Notes: generated by a model from the sequence alone, not told the origin. A DNA stretch of 64,000 bases from Endomicrobiales bacterium (GCA_963794945.1 CAWCFT010000015.1:64001-128000), one strand, 5' to 3'. Shown: positions 10,472-20,790, counted from the stretch's first letter. A program made the numbers and translations.

Positions 10472-12073
10472 CTAATCCATTTCGCGAGCTTCGACACCAG
10501 CCATGACTGCGCCGATATCCGCGACTGTTTCTCTCTCGGGCTCGGACGCTCTGTTAAAATAAAATATGTTCAGCGTCACGAAAACGTGGTAGAAAACCCA
10601 AAGCATGTTTACAGCGACAGCCATATTAAAACCCGTTGTTAAAAGGATGTGAAATCCGGCGTACAGCGCCGAAATGTTCAGGCCCGCCACTAGATACCAC
10701 GGCCACAGCGAAAACCATGACATCCTTTCGGCCCTTGCTTTGGCGGTTACTTCGAAAACCATCTTTTTTCCCAAAATGCCGTAGATGGCGGATCTCATGA
10801 GTATAGGGAAACCGAGCAGGCCCAGAACCGTTCCGTGATAAAAATCCTTTAGTTTCAAACGGCCGCCTTTCGCGGCAGGGTAATATACCAAAAACGTCAG
10901 CAAGAAGCAAGGCACGAACGCTGCGACGTATATCTCTTTTTGCTCAAAAAATGACGGCACCCCTAACAGAAGGTAAGCTATTGGGCAGAGCATCAAAGCG
11001 AAGAACGCCCATCCAAGGAAATAATATGTTCCGGAAAGGAAATATTCCCACCACTGAAGGGCCGACATCGAACGCGGATCTATTATAAAAAGTTTCATGA
11101 GCCAGGCGAATATCCTGACTGTGCCCGCCGCCCACCTGGTCTGCTGTTTGAAATACACCTTGAGCGTTTCCGGCGAAAGCCCATAAGCTTTCACCCCGCT
11201 GTAAAAAAGTGATGTGTACCCCTTGAGATGAAGTTTGAGCGAGGTCGCGAAATCCTCTGTTATCGACATCTCGTCAAAACCGCCGACGCTCAGCAGCGCC
11301 TCCCGCCTGAAAACGACATTGGTCCCGCAGCAGAACATAGCGTTGCAGGCGCTTTTCCTTTCGCAGACATTTTCGAAGAATATGGACTGCTGGGCTGCCG
11401 CGCCGACAGTTATCGGGTTATCTGCCATGTTCGACGAGTACTGTGGCGCCTGAATAAAAGCGAGGTTCGCGTCCCTCTCCATAAGCGCTACTGTCTTTTT
11501 AAGAAACTCGCGGTCCGGATTAAGATCAGCATCGAACACCGCTATGTATTTTTCATTTATACTTTTTATGAAATCGTTCAAAACCCCGGCTTTGGCGCCA
11601 TGGCGTTCGCCTCGCCTAAAGACTGGAATATTGAATTTTACACCGAGGCTATCCGCCTCGCGCATGTATTCAGGGATGGAAGAATCGTCAAGTAGATATA
11701 TCTTTTTGGCGGGATAATCAAGCATCGCAAGAGAAGATATTGTGCCTTCGAGAATATCCCTCGGTTCATGCCTTGCAGCAACAATAACTGCAACCGGCGG
11801 CTTGTCATTCCTATTCATCTCAATGGAATCAGGCTCCGCTAAAGGTCTTGCCGGCCTGAAAATGTTTAACAGATACCCTAGAGTATGGATGAGTATATAG
11901 GTTTCACCCAGCAGCAGAAAAAAGCCAAATACCTTGTCGGGCAGATTATATCCTAAGAATGAAAAAAAAATGGCCTTCACCACAAAATAATAGCAGAATA
12001 CAATGCCGCCTATTGCGACAAGCGGCTTGCCCTTTGAAGAAATTGTACCGATAAGATTGTTATTTGTCGCCAT
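10472..12073 (-). CDS. GT2 processive glycosyltransferase (cellulose synthase/BcsA-like, no PilZ domain)
   Basis: DDS, HGAKAG, FDAD, FCCGTN, TED and QQTRW motifs with flanking TM helices. Confidence 0.88.
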   Translation of the reverse strand: MATNNNLIGTISSKGKPLVAIGGIVFCYYFVVKAIFFSFLGYNLPDKVFGFFLLLGETYILIHTLGYLLNIFRPARPLAEPDSIEMNRNDKPPVAVIVAARHEPRDILEGTISSLAMLDYPAKKIYLLDDSSIPEYMREADSLGVKFNIPVFRRGERHGAKAGVLNDFIKSINEKYIAVFDADLNPDREFLKKTVALMERDANLAFIQAPQYSSNMADNPITVGAAAQQSIFFENVCERKSACNAMFCCGTNVVFRREALLSVGGFDEMSITEDFATSLKLHLKGYTSLFYSGVKAYGLSPETLKVYFKQQTRWAAGTVRIFAWLMKLFIIDPRSMSALQWWEYFLSGTYYFLGWAFFALMLCPIAYLLLGVPSFFEQKEIYVAAFVPCFLLTFLVYYPAAKGGRLKLKDFYHGTVLGLLGFPILMRSAIYGILGKKMVFEVTAKARAERMSWFSLWPWYLVAGLNISALYAGFHILLTTGFNMAVAVNMLWVFYHVFVTLNIFYFNRASEPERETVADIGAVMAGVEAREMD

Positions 12074-12127
12074 GATGTGCCTCTATTCCCCTTGGCACGG
12101 ACAATTTTACTATATTTTTGGTGAAAA

Positions 12128-13019
12128 TCACAGCCCCCTCAAACAGTCGGGGGTGAACAAGTTTTCACGCCGGTTTTGTAGTATGCCTGACAGCAGGTCA
12201 AGTATGCCGGACTTGTCTTTTGGGAACCTAGCCACTATCGGGTAGTAATTTGAAGCGTGGTTGGAAAAGAACTGGCATTTAAAGTCTTTAAGGTTTTCCA
12301 TGAGAAGTTTTGTCTCACTGATGATGCCAAAAGGATCAAGTTCTTCGAACTTGCCGCTTTTTTCCATTTCGAACAGAGGCGTTTCAGGCGCGATCATAAG
12401 GGTCAAAACGGCTATCTGGTCGGGCTTTGAAAGGTTCAGTACGTTTGCAGTATTTATTGCATGTTTCAGGGACAGTTTTTTTCCGCCGAGGCCTGCTATT
12501 ATGGTTACGTTCGTTCTGGATACCGGCGCTTTTGACCTTAAGGCACGTTTCGACGTTGCCCGCGGGCGAGCCGTACTTACGTATGAAACTATAGACCTCT
12601 TTGTCTCCTGTCTCAAAACCGAGGTAAATCTTTCCCAGCTTAAGCGCTCTTAACCTGGCTAGATCTTTCACGCTCTTATTCTCAAGGCTTTTTATAGAAC
12701 CATAAGCGCTGACCCTTGTAAGCATCGGAAAATAACTGCCGGCGAGACTAAGTATCTCGATTAATTTTTCCTGCTCAATTACAAGCGCGTCTCCGTCGGC
12801 AAAGAATATTTTTCTTGTTCCCGGGAACCGCCTCGAAGCTTCCCTAAATTCCTGTTCTATCATGCCGGTATTTTTGATCCTGAAACTCTTGTCTTTGTAC
12901 GCAGGGCAAAAAATGCATTTATTGTCAGTGCATCCCAGCGTAACCTGAAAAATAAGGCTGCCTGATTCGCTCGGCGGCCTTATTACGTTACCCTCATATT
13001 TTGGCAGATATTCTTCCAT
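12128..13019 (-). CDS. Radical SAM protein, frameshift near 12518
   Basis: YEGNVIRPPSE...QVTLGCTDNKCIFC; C-terminal FSNHASNY in the second frame. Confidence 0.85.
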
Positions 13020-13035
13020 TAAAACCCTTGTGTTA

Positions 13036-13154
13036 AATTAAATATCAAGAATCAAAAGTTAAAATTGCAAAAATACAAATTAAAATTCAAAAAGATTATA
13101 ATTAATTAAAGTTGTTAACCTTAATTTTGATAGTTGATTCCTGATTTTTGATAT
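13036..13154. repeat. Inverted heptamer tandem array (AAATCAA-like units)
   Basis: ATATCAA GAATCAA AAGTTAA ... TTGATAG TTGATTC CTGATTT TTGATAT. Confidence 0.7.
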
Positions 13155-14516
13155 TCATCTTTCAAGTGGCGAGTTGCCGCCGGTTATCTTACCCGTTTTA
13201 ATCAATTCTTCTATCTTATAGGTCCCAAGCTTCCTGCCCTTGAGAAAACCGTCCCAGGCCGCCTCGGCAAGCACGCCGTTAGCCCTTAGGTCAAAAAGCC
13301 ATTCACCGGTGTGTTCTATAGAGCCCGCAGGTTTAACACCCGTATGTATCTCCTGCAGCCACATACGGTTGAGTTTCTCGTGAACCCCTATTGTCGGCGC
13401 CATAAGTATCGGTATACCGAGCGCGCAGTAGAAAGAAAGCTCGCTTGGTTTCGTCCAAAGCACGTCGGTGAGCCTGAGAGCTCCGTTGAACCTGTCAAAA
13501 TAACCATAAAGTGTTTCGTCATAAATGATGTTCACTGCGTCTTTACAGCTCTCAGGCAGCCTCAGATCGCTAAGTGACTCCTTGAACTTGAAATATACCT
13601 CTTTCCTTATGCCCGCTGAGAGGTTGATCTTTATGTCACCCGCAATTATCCTGCTCCTCAGGCTTTTCAGTATTTTCGGGGCGAGGTCAACCTGGCTGCC
13701 AGCGCCGCCCACTGCGAAAGTGAGAACAAAATGCTTCTGGGTATTGTGTTTAGGTATTTCCCTGCCAAGGTAATACTCAACGGTCCTTTCATGTATATTG
13801 AAAAAATGCCTTTTCGGGTCTAGCCTGAGAAGGCGGCCGTACAGGTCGTCTTTTAGTATCTCAAGTTTTTCCTGGCTTCCGATGTTTTCCTTGGGCAGCG
13901 GGAACCCGGTAACAAAAATATTTTCCTCCGGCACCCCGTACGACAGCAGGCGTTTTTTAACCCTGGTGCAGGGCGCAAGGTATTTAACCCTGCTTTTCTT
14001 CGGCTTATCAGACACCCATACCCTGTGAAAATCCGAATCGCAGATAAGCAGGTAGTTGTCATTCTTTTCAGGGACATTAAGGTCAATGGCGATTGCCGTT
14101 CCATAGAATGTGTTCACAACGGGAAGCCTGCTCGCCTTAACTATGTCCACAAGAGTCGAGCAAAGCCCATATTTTTTTATGAGCCTCCGAAGGTATCTCA
14201 CGCTCCAGTCCGGACTCGAAAGGTCGCGCTTGGGGTAGTAGGAAGGGATCTGTTCTACAGTGTAAAGTATCTTCATTATAAGCTTGCCGATAATGGGTAT
14301 GGTCTCAGCTCTCGACATGAAGTAGTACATATGCCTGAGCCTTTTCCAGAGGTTATACTCTTCCGTCTTGCAAAACGTTTCAGACCCATCAATTAATATT
14401 TCCCCGTTGGATATATCCCTGAGCGCATAGGCCGCCCTAGTGTGGCCCAGGCCCATCTGCACGCTGACCACCCAGGCTTTTCCGCAATCGCCGGCGTTGT
14501 CTTTAATACTTTTCAT
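13155..14516 (-). CDS. Putative GT-B glycosyltransferase-like protein (MGDG synthase-like; resembles DUF6938 family)
   Basis: AWVVSVQMGLGHTRAA, IFVTGFPLP, VLWTKPSELSFY, HEKLN motifs. Confidence 0.65.
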   Translation of the reverse strand: MKSIKDNAGDCGKAWVVSVQMGLGHTRAAYALRDISNGEILIDGSETFCKTEEYNLWKRLRHMYYFMSRAETIPIIGKLIMKILYTVEQIPSYYPKRDLSSPDWSVRYLRRLIKKYGLCSTLVDIVKASRLPVVNTFYGTAIAIDLNVPEKNDNYLLICDSDFHRVWVSDKPKKSRVKYLAPCTRVKKRLLSYGVPEENIFVTGFPLPKENIGSQEKLEILKDDLYGRLLRLDPKRHFFNIHERTVEYYLGREIPKHNTQKHFVLTFAVGGAGSQVDLAPKILKSLRSRIIAGDIKINLSAGIRKEVYFKFKESLSDLRLPESCKDAVNIIYDETLYGYFDRFNGALRLTDVLWTKPSELSFYCALGIPILMAPTIGVHEKLNRMWLQEIHTGVKPAGSIEHTGEWLFDLRANGVLAEAAWDGFLKGRKLGTYKIEELIKTGKITGGNSPLER

Positions 14517-15675
14517 TATTTGCAACCTCTTTTTCTAAACTATTTATCCTGCTTTGGGAACCTATAGTGATACGCCTCCCGTGCCATCTAACTGTGTTAG
14601 AAAAGAACGCAGAAATATAAACTGCGAATAATATCGAGTCTTTAATGAGGACACATAGAGGATATGAGGTCAGGACGTTTATATTATCCTTATCGCTGCT
14701 ATTGACCAGGAACAAACTCGCGTACTCTATGGCAAGCTTTAATAGAAAGGATGCGGCAAACAGCAACAAACCTTGAGTGCCAAGGAAAAAGATTGAAATA
14801 AAAGCTATCGCTATTGGGTTAGCGAATATTTCCAGCGAGTAAAACAGGGGGTCAATCCTCAGCCTCATCTTGGCCCACCGCGACATCCTCGAGTAGAATG
14901 TTGCGATGGACGTAGTGCTGGAAAAATTCGTTACCCACGTATAATTAGTCGATATATGCATGCCTTTTTCGCGATAAATGGCGCCCATCATATAATCTTC
15001 TGCAAGGTAACTGCTGAAAGCTAAAAAACCGCCGAGCTTCTCCAGCGCATCCCTCTCGATAAGCATAGATTTCCCGACTATAATGGGCTTTTCAATAAGC
15101 GCCCAGGACCCGATAATGTTCCCCGATACAAAAATATTCATATAGGAGTTGGCCATCATGCTCCCCATAGTGCCAGCGCCCGTCCCCTTTATCGGCGAGA
15201 ATACTATTTTTGAATCGTTCCTGACATATTCGGAAACAAGGTTTGTAAGCGTGTCTCTTTCTACCCTGATATTGGAATCCGCGACCCAGAAAAGTTTTGA
15301 TGTGCACCCTTCGGACATCTTAGCGAGCTTGTCGATCTTTGGATTTACCGCGCTCTTTGTTCCGGTTTGGACAACCACGGCCTGAACCTTAGGATACCTC
15401 AGCCTGACCCTTTCTATAATGCTCTCACAGGCATCCTTGAAAGCGTCTACCGCAAAGATTATGTTATAGTCAGGATAATCGAGCGTAAAAAAACTGACGA
15501 GGTTTTCTTCCAGCCCGTCATCGATATTCTTCATCGGTTTAAGTATTGTGACGCTTGGAAAAGTGGACAGCGAGGTCGCAGGCTTTTTTGCCTTACAGAC
15601 CGCCGTGAACAGCAGGTAGGCTGAAAGCAGCCCGAATGAAAGCGAGAGCAGGAAATAGAACAATTCGAATATCAT
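14503..15675 (-). CDS. GT21 ceramide glucosyltransferase/HpnI-like glycosyltransferase
   Basis: ILKPM, NPKIDKL, ADSNIRV, VGKSM, LAEDY, RMSRWAKMR motifs. Confidence 0.85.
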   Translation of the reverse strand: MIFELFYFLLSLSFGLLSAYLLFTAVCKAKKPATSLSTFPSVTILKPMKNIDDGLEENLVSFFTLDYPDYNIIFAVDAFKDACESIIERVRLRYPKVQAVVVQTGTKSAVNPKIDKLAKMSEGCTSKLFWVADSNIRVERDTLTNLVSEYVRNDSKIVFSPIKGTGAGTMGSMMANSYMNIFVSGNIIGSWALIEKPIIVGKSMLIERDALEKLGGFLAFSSYLAEDYMMGAIYREKGMHISTNYTWVTNFSSTTSIATFYSRMSRWAKMRLRIDPLFYSLEIFANPIAIAFISIFFLGTQGLLLFAASFLLKLAIEYASLFLVNSSDKDNINVLTSYPLCVLIKDSILFAVYISAFFSNTVRWHGRRITIGSQSRINSLEKEVANNEKY

Positions 15676-15697
15676 ATTAATAACAAGTGAGAAGCGC

Positions 15698-16057
15698 CTA
15701 GTCCTTGTGGACTGTGTCGGGCGAGAAAGCTGGGACACAAACGCTTACATATTCAGCGCCTTCAGCACCTGGCGTCGAATATTTAACCCATTCCCCTTTA
15801 TTTAAAATCACGCACTGCCCGGCAATGGCTTCCAGATTACCATTTTTCGTTTCTACTTTCAGAACGCCCTTAAGGATAAGGCTGTATTCGTCAAATTCCG
15901 GCGTTTGTCCTGGCTCGCTCCAGCCTGAAGGGCTTTTCATGAACGCTATGCTTACACTCTCGGTTCCGGTGTTAAGCATGCCGACAAATTCTTTTATTTT
16001 CTTGGGCATGTTCCCGTCGGCCGTAATTTCCGATGGGGCTGAGATCAGCCTGGGCAT
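15698..16057 (-). CDS. Cupin domain protein (EutQ-like)
   Basis: SPSGWSEPGQTPEFDEY...WVKYSTP...AEYVSVCVPAFSP. Confidence 0.8.
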   Translation of the reverse strand: MPRLISAPSEITADGNMPKKIKEFVGMLNTGTESVSIAFMKSPSGWSEPGQTPEFDEYSLILKGVLKVETKNGNLEAIAGQCVILNKGEWVKYSTPGAEGAEYVSVCVPAFSPDTVHKD

Positions 16058-16074
16058 AATTGTTTACCTATGAA

Positions 16075-17145
16075 CTATTTGTTTTGAGGTATATAACCAA
16101 TGCTCGTGAGCTTTATAAGGCTCGAAAGCATATCAGCTCCAAACCTGAACCCTACAACCATAAAGTATGTAAACAACACCATAAAAACAGCGCTTATGCA
16201 ACCGAGAACAATGTTTTCCATAAGAAATATCAAGAAAATTACCGGTGTTGTTATCACCCCAGTAACCCCGAAAAGCCATGATAGGAACCTCAACGCGTTT
16301 GTTATCCGCTCTATCCCGCGGTAAGGCGTGACCATTATCTTGCCCCTCGGCGCCGCGGTAGGAAGTGTGTGCCCGCAGTTATCGCAATACCACGACCTTA
16401 GAGAGTTCTCATTGCCGCAGGTGTCGCAGACCTTCTTTTCTATCTTTGGGTCTTCACGCCTGTGGAAAATATAGAGTTTTTCTATAACGCCAACAAAAAA
16501 CCAGAGCACCGCACCTACTAGGCCTCCCGATAAACCCTCGGCAAGCCTGTTGGCAAGCCAGCTCTGAGGCTTGAAATCTATCAGCACGGAACCGTAAAAG
16601 GCAGAACCTAGGTAACCGCCAATAGCCCCGCCCACGAACCCGAACGCCGCTCCTGCCAGTATCTTCTTTTTGCTTTTCTCTATGACCCCGCTTGTGGCAC
16701 CGATGAAAGCTCCGCCTACAGCCCACGTTATCAGCACCGAAAGCGGAAAGTAGTTCTCTGTTCCCTGGAAGATATCAGTTAGAGGGAGGTTTATCACTCC
16801 GCCCAGCGCGCCGCCAATAGTACCGAGTATTCCACCGCAGAACGCCTTATACGCCGACTCTTCGATAATGCCGCCGACCGTGCCCAGGAACACACCGCAG
16901 ATCATGCCGCTGAATATGTTATTCATGATCGATCCCACGTCATGCTTAACCATGCGGCTCATTATGAAAACTATTATCCAGCCGATAAAACCTGACGCGA
17001 ACCCCGCCCAGCTCCGCCGCCATATCCAGGAAAAATCAAGCCCAAGGTGCATCAGTTTTTCGCTCTTTTTGTTGAGGAACATCCCGCAGCGGGCGCAGTA
17101 TTTTGAATCATCAGCCATCAAGTTTTCACAGCTGGGACAATACAT
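16075..17145 (-). CDS. Membrane protein with two zinc ribbons and Gly-rich TM helices
   Basis: CPSC..CARCG N-terminus, internal CDTCG..CDNCG, many GxxxG helices. Confidence 0.75.
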   Translation of the reverse strand: MYCPSCENLMADDSKYCARCGMFLNKKSEKLMHLGLDFSWIWRRSWAGFASGFIGWIIVFIMSRMVKHDVGSIMNNIFSGMICGVFLGTVGGIIEESAYKAFCGGILGTIGGALGGVINLPLTDIFQGTENYFPLSVLITWAVGGAFIGATSGVIEKSKKKILAGAAFGFVGGAIGGYLGSAFYGSVLIDFKPQSWLANRLAEGLSGGLVGAVLWFFVGVIEKLYIFHRREDPKIEKKVCDTCGNENSLRSWYCDNCGHTLPTAAPRGKIMVTPYRGIERITNALRFLSWLFGVTGVITTPVIFLIFLMENIVLGCISAVFMVLFTYFMVVGFRFGADMLSSLIKLTSIGYIPQNK

Positions 17146-17290
17146 GGCAACTCCTTTAGCTCACAGAGTTTAACGCAACATGACCGGAAGACCATAAACA
17201 ATATGTACAAATACTGATTTTAAACAAACGTTTGCGTGCAATTCTCTTTGATTCTATAATATTATTATTCAAATGACAAATGCTAATAAT

Positions 17291-17334
17291 AACAAAAGGG
17301 TCCCGTGCTGTAAGCACGGAAACCCTTTTGTTTT
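17291..17334. terminator. Strong (bidirectional-type) terminator hairpin
   Basis: AACAAAAGGGT-CCCGTGCT-GTA-AGCACGG-AAACCCTTTTGTT. Confidence 0.75.
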
Positions 17335-17392
17335 ATGTTTTAAACCGCATCTTGTTCATTTCTTAATTTTCGGTTCATTAATTGATTTCTGT

Positions 17393-18180
17393 TCACCGTA
17401 CATCATAACCGCAATTTCTTAATACAATCCTTCTCATTTTCCAGAGTGATTTAACGCTCGAATCTTTTGATTCCATTTTTAAGTGAATCTCTCTGGATAT
17501 CTCTTCCCTGACGCTTGCCCGCGTAATTATCACGAACGAACTTCTCGTTCTCCCATATAGTCACTGTGTTCGGGTAGAACCATGACGCCGCCCGCCACGT
17601 GGCTACCGGTATGACATGAACTTCGTTGGATATGGTGGCCGCTCCTAATGCGCACTTAGAAAGCTCTTTACCAACGAAAAGTTCTGCTCCCTGCGACCGA
17701 ACAAGGTTGTCATTTATCTCAAGGTAGCGCCTAAATACAGGTATGTTTGTGCTAATATCTTCAAGCTCATCAATAAAAAGCATCCCACCGGGCGCCAGTG
17801 ATCTCACCCACATATTAATAAGAATCTCTATGTCTTTTAAATGAGAAAGCAGAAAACGGCAATAGGCGACCTCAGCCTTGATTGGCAATGGGCCTGACGT
17901 CACGTCATGCTTTATGAACGAACAAGACGGGTAGCTTTCCCGTGCCATCTGCAGGAACTCATCTGACCTCTCCAACCCGTATACGTCAGCCTGGTCCAGT
18001 AGGCCGCTCAGCATTTCTGTCCCAAAACCCGGCCCGCAGCCGAGATCAACAGCGGTTCTTACGGGTTGTATTATGTGTTTAGACATCCATGTTTTGGCTA
18101 TAGGATTAAAAAACCGCGACATCTCTTCCAGTCTCTGCGGCCGCGCGCGTCTCGCCGAACGTGTACCTTGTGTTATCCAT
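17393..18180 (-). CDS. Class I SAM-dependent methyltransferase (Tam-like), frameshifts near 18133 and 17519
   Basis: MDNTRYTFG start with AGGAG RBS; VDLGCGPG motif I; YCRFLLSHL; LAPGG; C-terminus continues ...LWKMRRIVL to TGA at 17393. Confidence 0.8.
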
Positions 18181-18431
18181 GAGCCGTCTCCTTTTGAAAG
18201 TATGTGTACATATGCTCATAAGCATTTTCGGCGTTATACGGGTTGAGACACTCGCTTGATGCCCATATCTTTCTTGCTCCATAGACATCAGTGCTACTAA
18301 AAGCTGCCAGAACTTCTCTTCTTACCGCTGTTTTGACTTTGCTTCTTATTCCTCTTCATGATACTCTCCGTTTATTGTTTTTGGTTACTTTTACACCCGT
18401 CTCTCCGTAGGGTTATTCGTCTTTGGTGAAT

Positions 18432-18464
18432 AAAAAAAACCACCTGCCTTTCTTGGCGGTGGTT
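18432..18464 (-). terminator. Attenuator terminator in the methyltransferase leader
   Basis: AACCACCGCC-AAGAAA-GGCAGGTGGTT followed by a T-run. Confidence 0.75.
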
Positions 18465-18498
18465 CTAAGCTTGTTTTACTGATTTTCAGTTCAACGAA

Positions 18499-18588
18499 TT
18501 AAAACGCACGCCTCCCAGCGCCATCCTGCCATTTGCGCAGGACTGCTACTATAGGAAGCATAATAAAATTCGTTGAACTTTGATTCAT
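18499..18588 (-). CDS. Putative 29-aa leader peptide MNQSSTNFIMLPIVAVLRKWQDGAGRRAF
   Basis: Short ORF between a consensus promoter and a terminator; 5' part is complementary to the sequence just after its stop codon. Confidence 0.6.
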   Translation of the reverse strand: MNQSSTNFIMLPIVAVLRKWQDGAGRRAF

Positions 18589-18597
18589 GACGTTTAG

Positions 18598-18626
18598 ATT
18601 GTAGCAGAACACATATTGAATGTCAA
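18598..18626 (-). promoter_or_regulatory. Sigma70 promoter of the leader/methyltransferase unit
   Basis: TTGACA (18626-18621), 17 bp, TACAAT (18603-18598) with extended TG. Confidence 0.7.
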
Positions 18627-18654
18627 GTCGGAGCGGAACCGGAGCCTGGCTGCC

Positions 18655-19167
18655 TTATTTATTAGTATAACAATTTAATATCTCTCCCACGTACATCCGG
18701 TGATAATCTTTCTTTGGGTAATTGCTGTTTATAGCCGGTTCAATGAAGTTGGCTGGGTCAATGTCCTGGCAATATATTTTTTTGCACTCGATAACGAGCC
18801 GCGCCTCTGAAAAATATACTGCGCCCGCCGGGCTTTTCACCGGCGTTATGCCCGCCTCTTTTGCCTTATCGGAGTCCCTGCCGGATTTAGTTCCGCATAG
18901 GTTGAGCGCGGCGCGGTATTCTTCGCCAAAAAAGGAAAGCGTGAACATATTGTTTTTCTCCATAAACGCGCGCGTGTGCCGTCCGGGCCGTATGAAGCAG
19001 AAACAAACGTTCTTGTTCCATAACACACCGGCCGCTCCCCAGCTGGCCGTCATGGTGTTGTATGCGCCCGGGGTTCCGGCTGTTATAAGCATCCAGTCTT
19101 TTCCTATCAATTTAAAAATGTTATCGCTCAAGTCTTCAGGGTTGATCTTTACCAGTTTGTTTTCCAT
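18655..19167 (-). CDS. Flavin reductase family protein
   Basis: IGKDWMLITAG..YNTMTASWG, CGTKSGRD, KDYHRMYVGEI. Confidence 0.88.
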   Translation of the reverse strand: MENKLVKINPEDLSDNIFKLIGKDWMLITAGTPGAYNTMTASWGAAGVLWNKNVCFCFIRPGRHTRAFMEKNNMFTLSFFGEEYRAALNLCGTKSGRDSDKAKEAGITPVKSPAGAVYFSEARLVIECKKIYCQDIDPANFIEPAINSNYPKKDYHRMYVGEILNCYTNK

Positions 19168-19224
19168 ATTATTCCTCCCCAATTTTACAAGTGCTCTCGC
19201 TTAACATGGCTTTAGCTTGACGTT

Positions 19225-19497
19225 TCAAGACTTGTTCAGTCTCCGTTCAATAACTCTGTTCCTGAAAAATATGGCCGTATCTGCCAGCACCATCAGGCAA
19301 TTGAGCGCGTAGAGATAGAATACGGCGTTGAAATTATAGATGATCTTGTGCAGCATGCCGAAGATATATCCGGCAAACACAACAAAGAGGAATACAACAC
19401 TTTTGCCCGAGTTGGATTTCGACACATACGACTTGTAGATCGAGAACGGCCAGGCCGCCCCGAAGCACACCAGCATCAAGGCTTCAAATATGCTCAC
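19225..19497 (-). CDS. Small 3-TM membrane protein (PQ-loop/SemiSWEET-like fold possible)
   Basis: MSIFEALMLVCFGAAWPFSIYKSY..SKSNSGKS conserved-looking N-terminus. Confidence 0.65.
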   Translation of the reverse strand: MSIFEALMLVCFGAAWPFSIYKSYVSKSNSGKSVVFLFVVFAGYIFGMLHKIIYNFNAVFYLYALNCLMVLADTAIFFRNRVIERRLNKS

Positions 19498-20759
19498 TTC
19501 TCGCCCAGCCCCGCGGCCGAATAATCCCCGGCGAGATAGCCGGTCGAGAACGCTGGCAGATTATATCCGCCGGTAAGCCCGTCAATGTCTAAAACCTCGC
19601 CGCAGAAATACAAGCCCGCGATTATCTTTGAGCCCATGGTTCGGGGGTCAACTTCTTTAAGCGAAACTCCTCCGCGGGTGACCACCGCTTCGTCGAAATT
19701 CTTTGTGCCGGTTATCTCTAGCCTGAAATCGCTGAGCATCCTGTAAATGGCCTCGCGTTCGTCCCTTGTTATCTGGCTGCCCTTTTTTTCCGGGTCTATA
19801 GCGCAAAGTTTTAATACTACCGGTATCAAGCTCTGGGGCAGCAGCGTTTTCATTATATTCGAAATGGTTTTCAGGCCCGACGAGTCAAGTTCCCTTAACA
19901 GCCGCGCTGTCAGCTTATCCCTGTCGAGCGCCGGCTTGAAATTGATGGAAATCGAAACCTTCTCTTTCTTTAAAAGACGGTCAGCTGCTGCTCCGCTAAA
20001 AGCAAGGGCGATCGGCCCCGAAACCCCTGAATGAGTAAAAAGCATCTCGCCAAAATCAAAAAATATCTTTTTCTCTTCCGCGAAACCCGTCACTTCGACA
20101 TTCTTAAGCGAAAGCCCCGAGAGCTCTTTAACATATTTTTCTTTGGTTTGCAGAGGCACCAGCGCGGGATGCAGATGGGTTATCTCGTGGCCCAGCTCTT
20201 TTGCCATCTTGTAACCGTCGCCCGTTGACCCAGTGCCGGGGTAGGAAAGCCCGCCAGTCGCGACTATTACCCTTTGCGCTCTTATGAATTCACCGTTGGC
20301 AGCAAGTTTGACACCGCAGGCCCTGGCTTTACCGTCCGATCCGCTTTCGATCACAATACGTTCAACCCTTTCACTGAAACGTGTTGTTACTCCGGTTTCT
20401 TTGAGGTATTCGTTCAAGGCCGCGAGCACGTCGCGAGATTCGTCCGAAACCGGGAATATCCTGCCGCCGCGCTCAACTTTTGTCTTAACTCCGCGGCTCT
20501 CGAAAAAATTAACCAGGTCATCGTTGAAATATGTCCCGAAAGCCTGGTAAAGGAATTTACCGTTGTTATAGTTCTCTATAAAATCCTTAAGGCCTCCGGA
20601 GTTTGTGAGGTTGCACCTGCCTTTGCCGGTTATAAGGAGTTTCTTACCGGGCGTTATGTTGCGGTCGAGCAGAAGCGTCTTTGCCCCTTTTTGCGCCGCA
20701 CGCGCCGCCGCGAATATCCCCGCCGGCCCCGCGCCTATAACAATAACATCAAAATCCAT
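19494..20759 (-). CDS. HI0933/BaiN family NAD(P)/FAD-dependent oxidoreductase
   Basis: GAGPAG, GKKLLITGKGRCNLTN, ATGGLSYPGTGSTGDGY, GEVLDIDGLTGGYNL. Confidence 0.92.
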   Translation of the reverse strand: MDFDVIVIGAGPAGIFAAARAAQKGAKTLLLDRNITPGKKLLITGKGRCNLTNSGGLKDFIENYNNGKFLYQAFGTYFNDDLVNFFESRGVKTKVERGGRIFPVSDESRDVLAALNEYLKETGVTTRFSERVERIVIESGSDGKARACGVKLAANGEFIRAQRVIVATGGLSYPGTGSTGDGYKMAKELGHEITHLHPALVPLQTKEKYVKELSGLSLKNVEVTGFAEEKKIFFDFGEMLFTHSGVSGPIALAFSGAAADRLLKKEKVSISINFKPALDRDKLTARLLRELDSSGLKTISNIMKTLLPQSLIPVVLKLCAIDPEKKGSQITRDEREAIYRMLSDFRLEITGTKNFDEAVVTRGGVSLKEVDPRTMGSKIIAGLYFCGEVLDIDGLTGGYNLPAFSTGYLAGDYSAAGLGEK

Positions 20760-20790
20760 TATTACCTCGTTAAACTGCGAAGAACAGGGC

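Noticed and set aside
10470..10520. c-di-AMP (ydaO) riboswitch before the KimA-like gene
   Set aside because: No intergenic space; the gene abuts the upstream glycosyltransferase.
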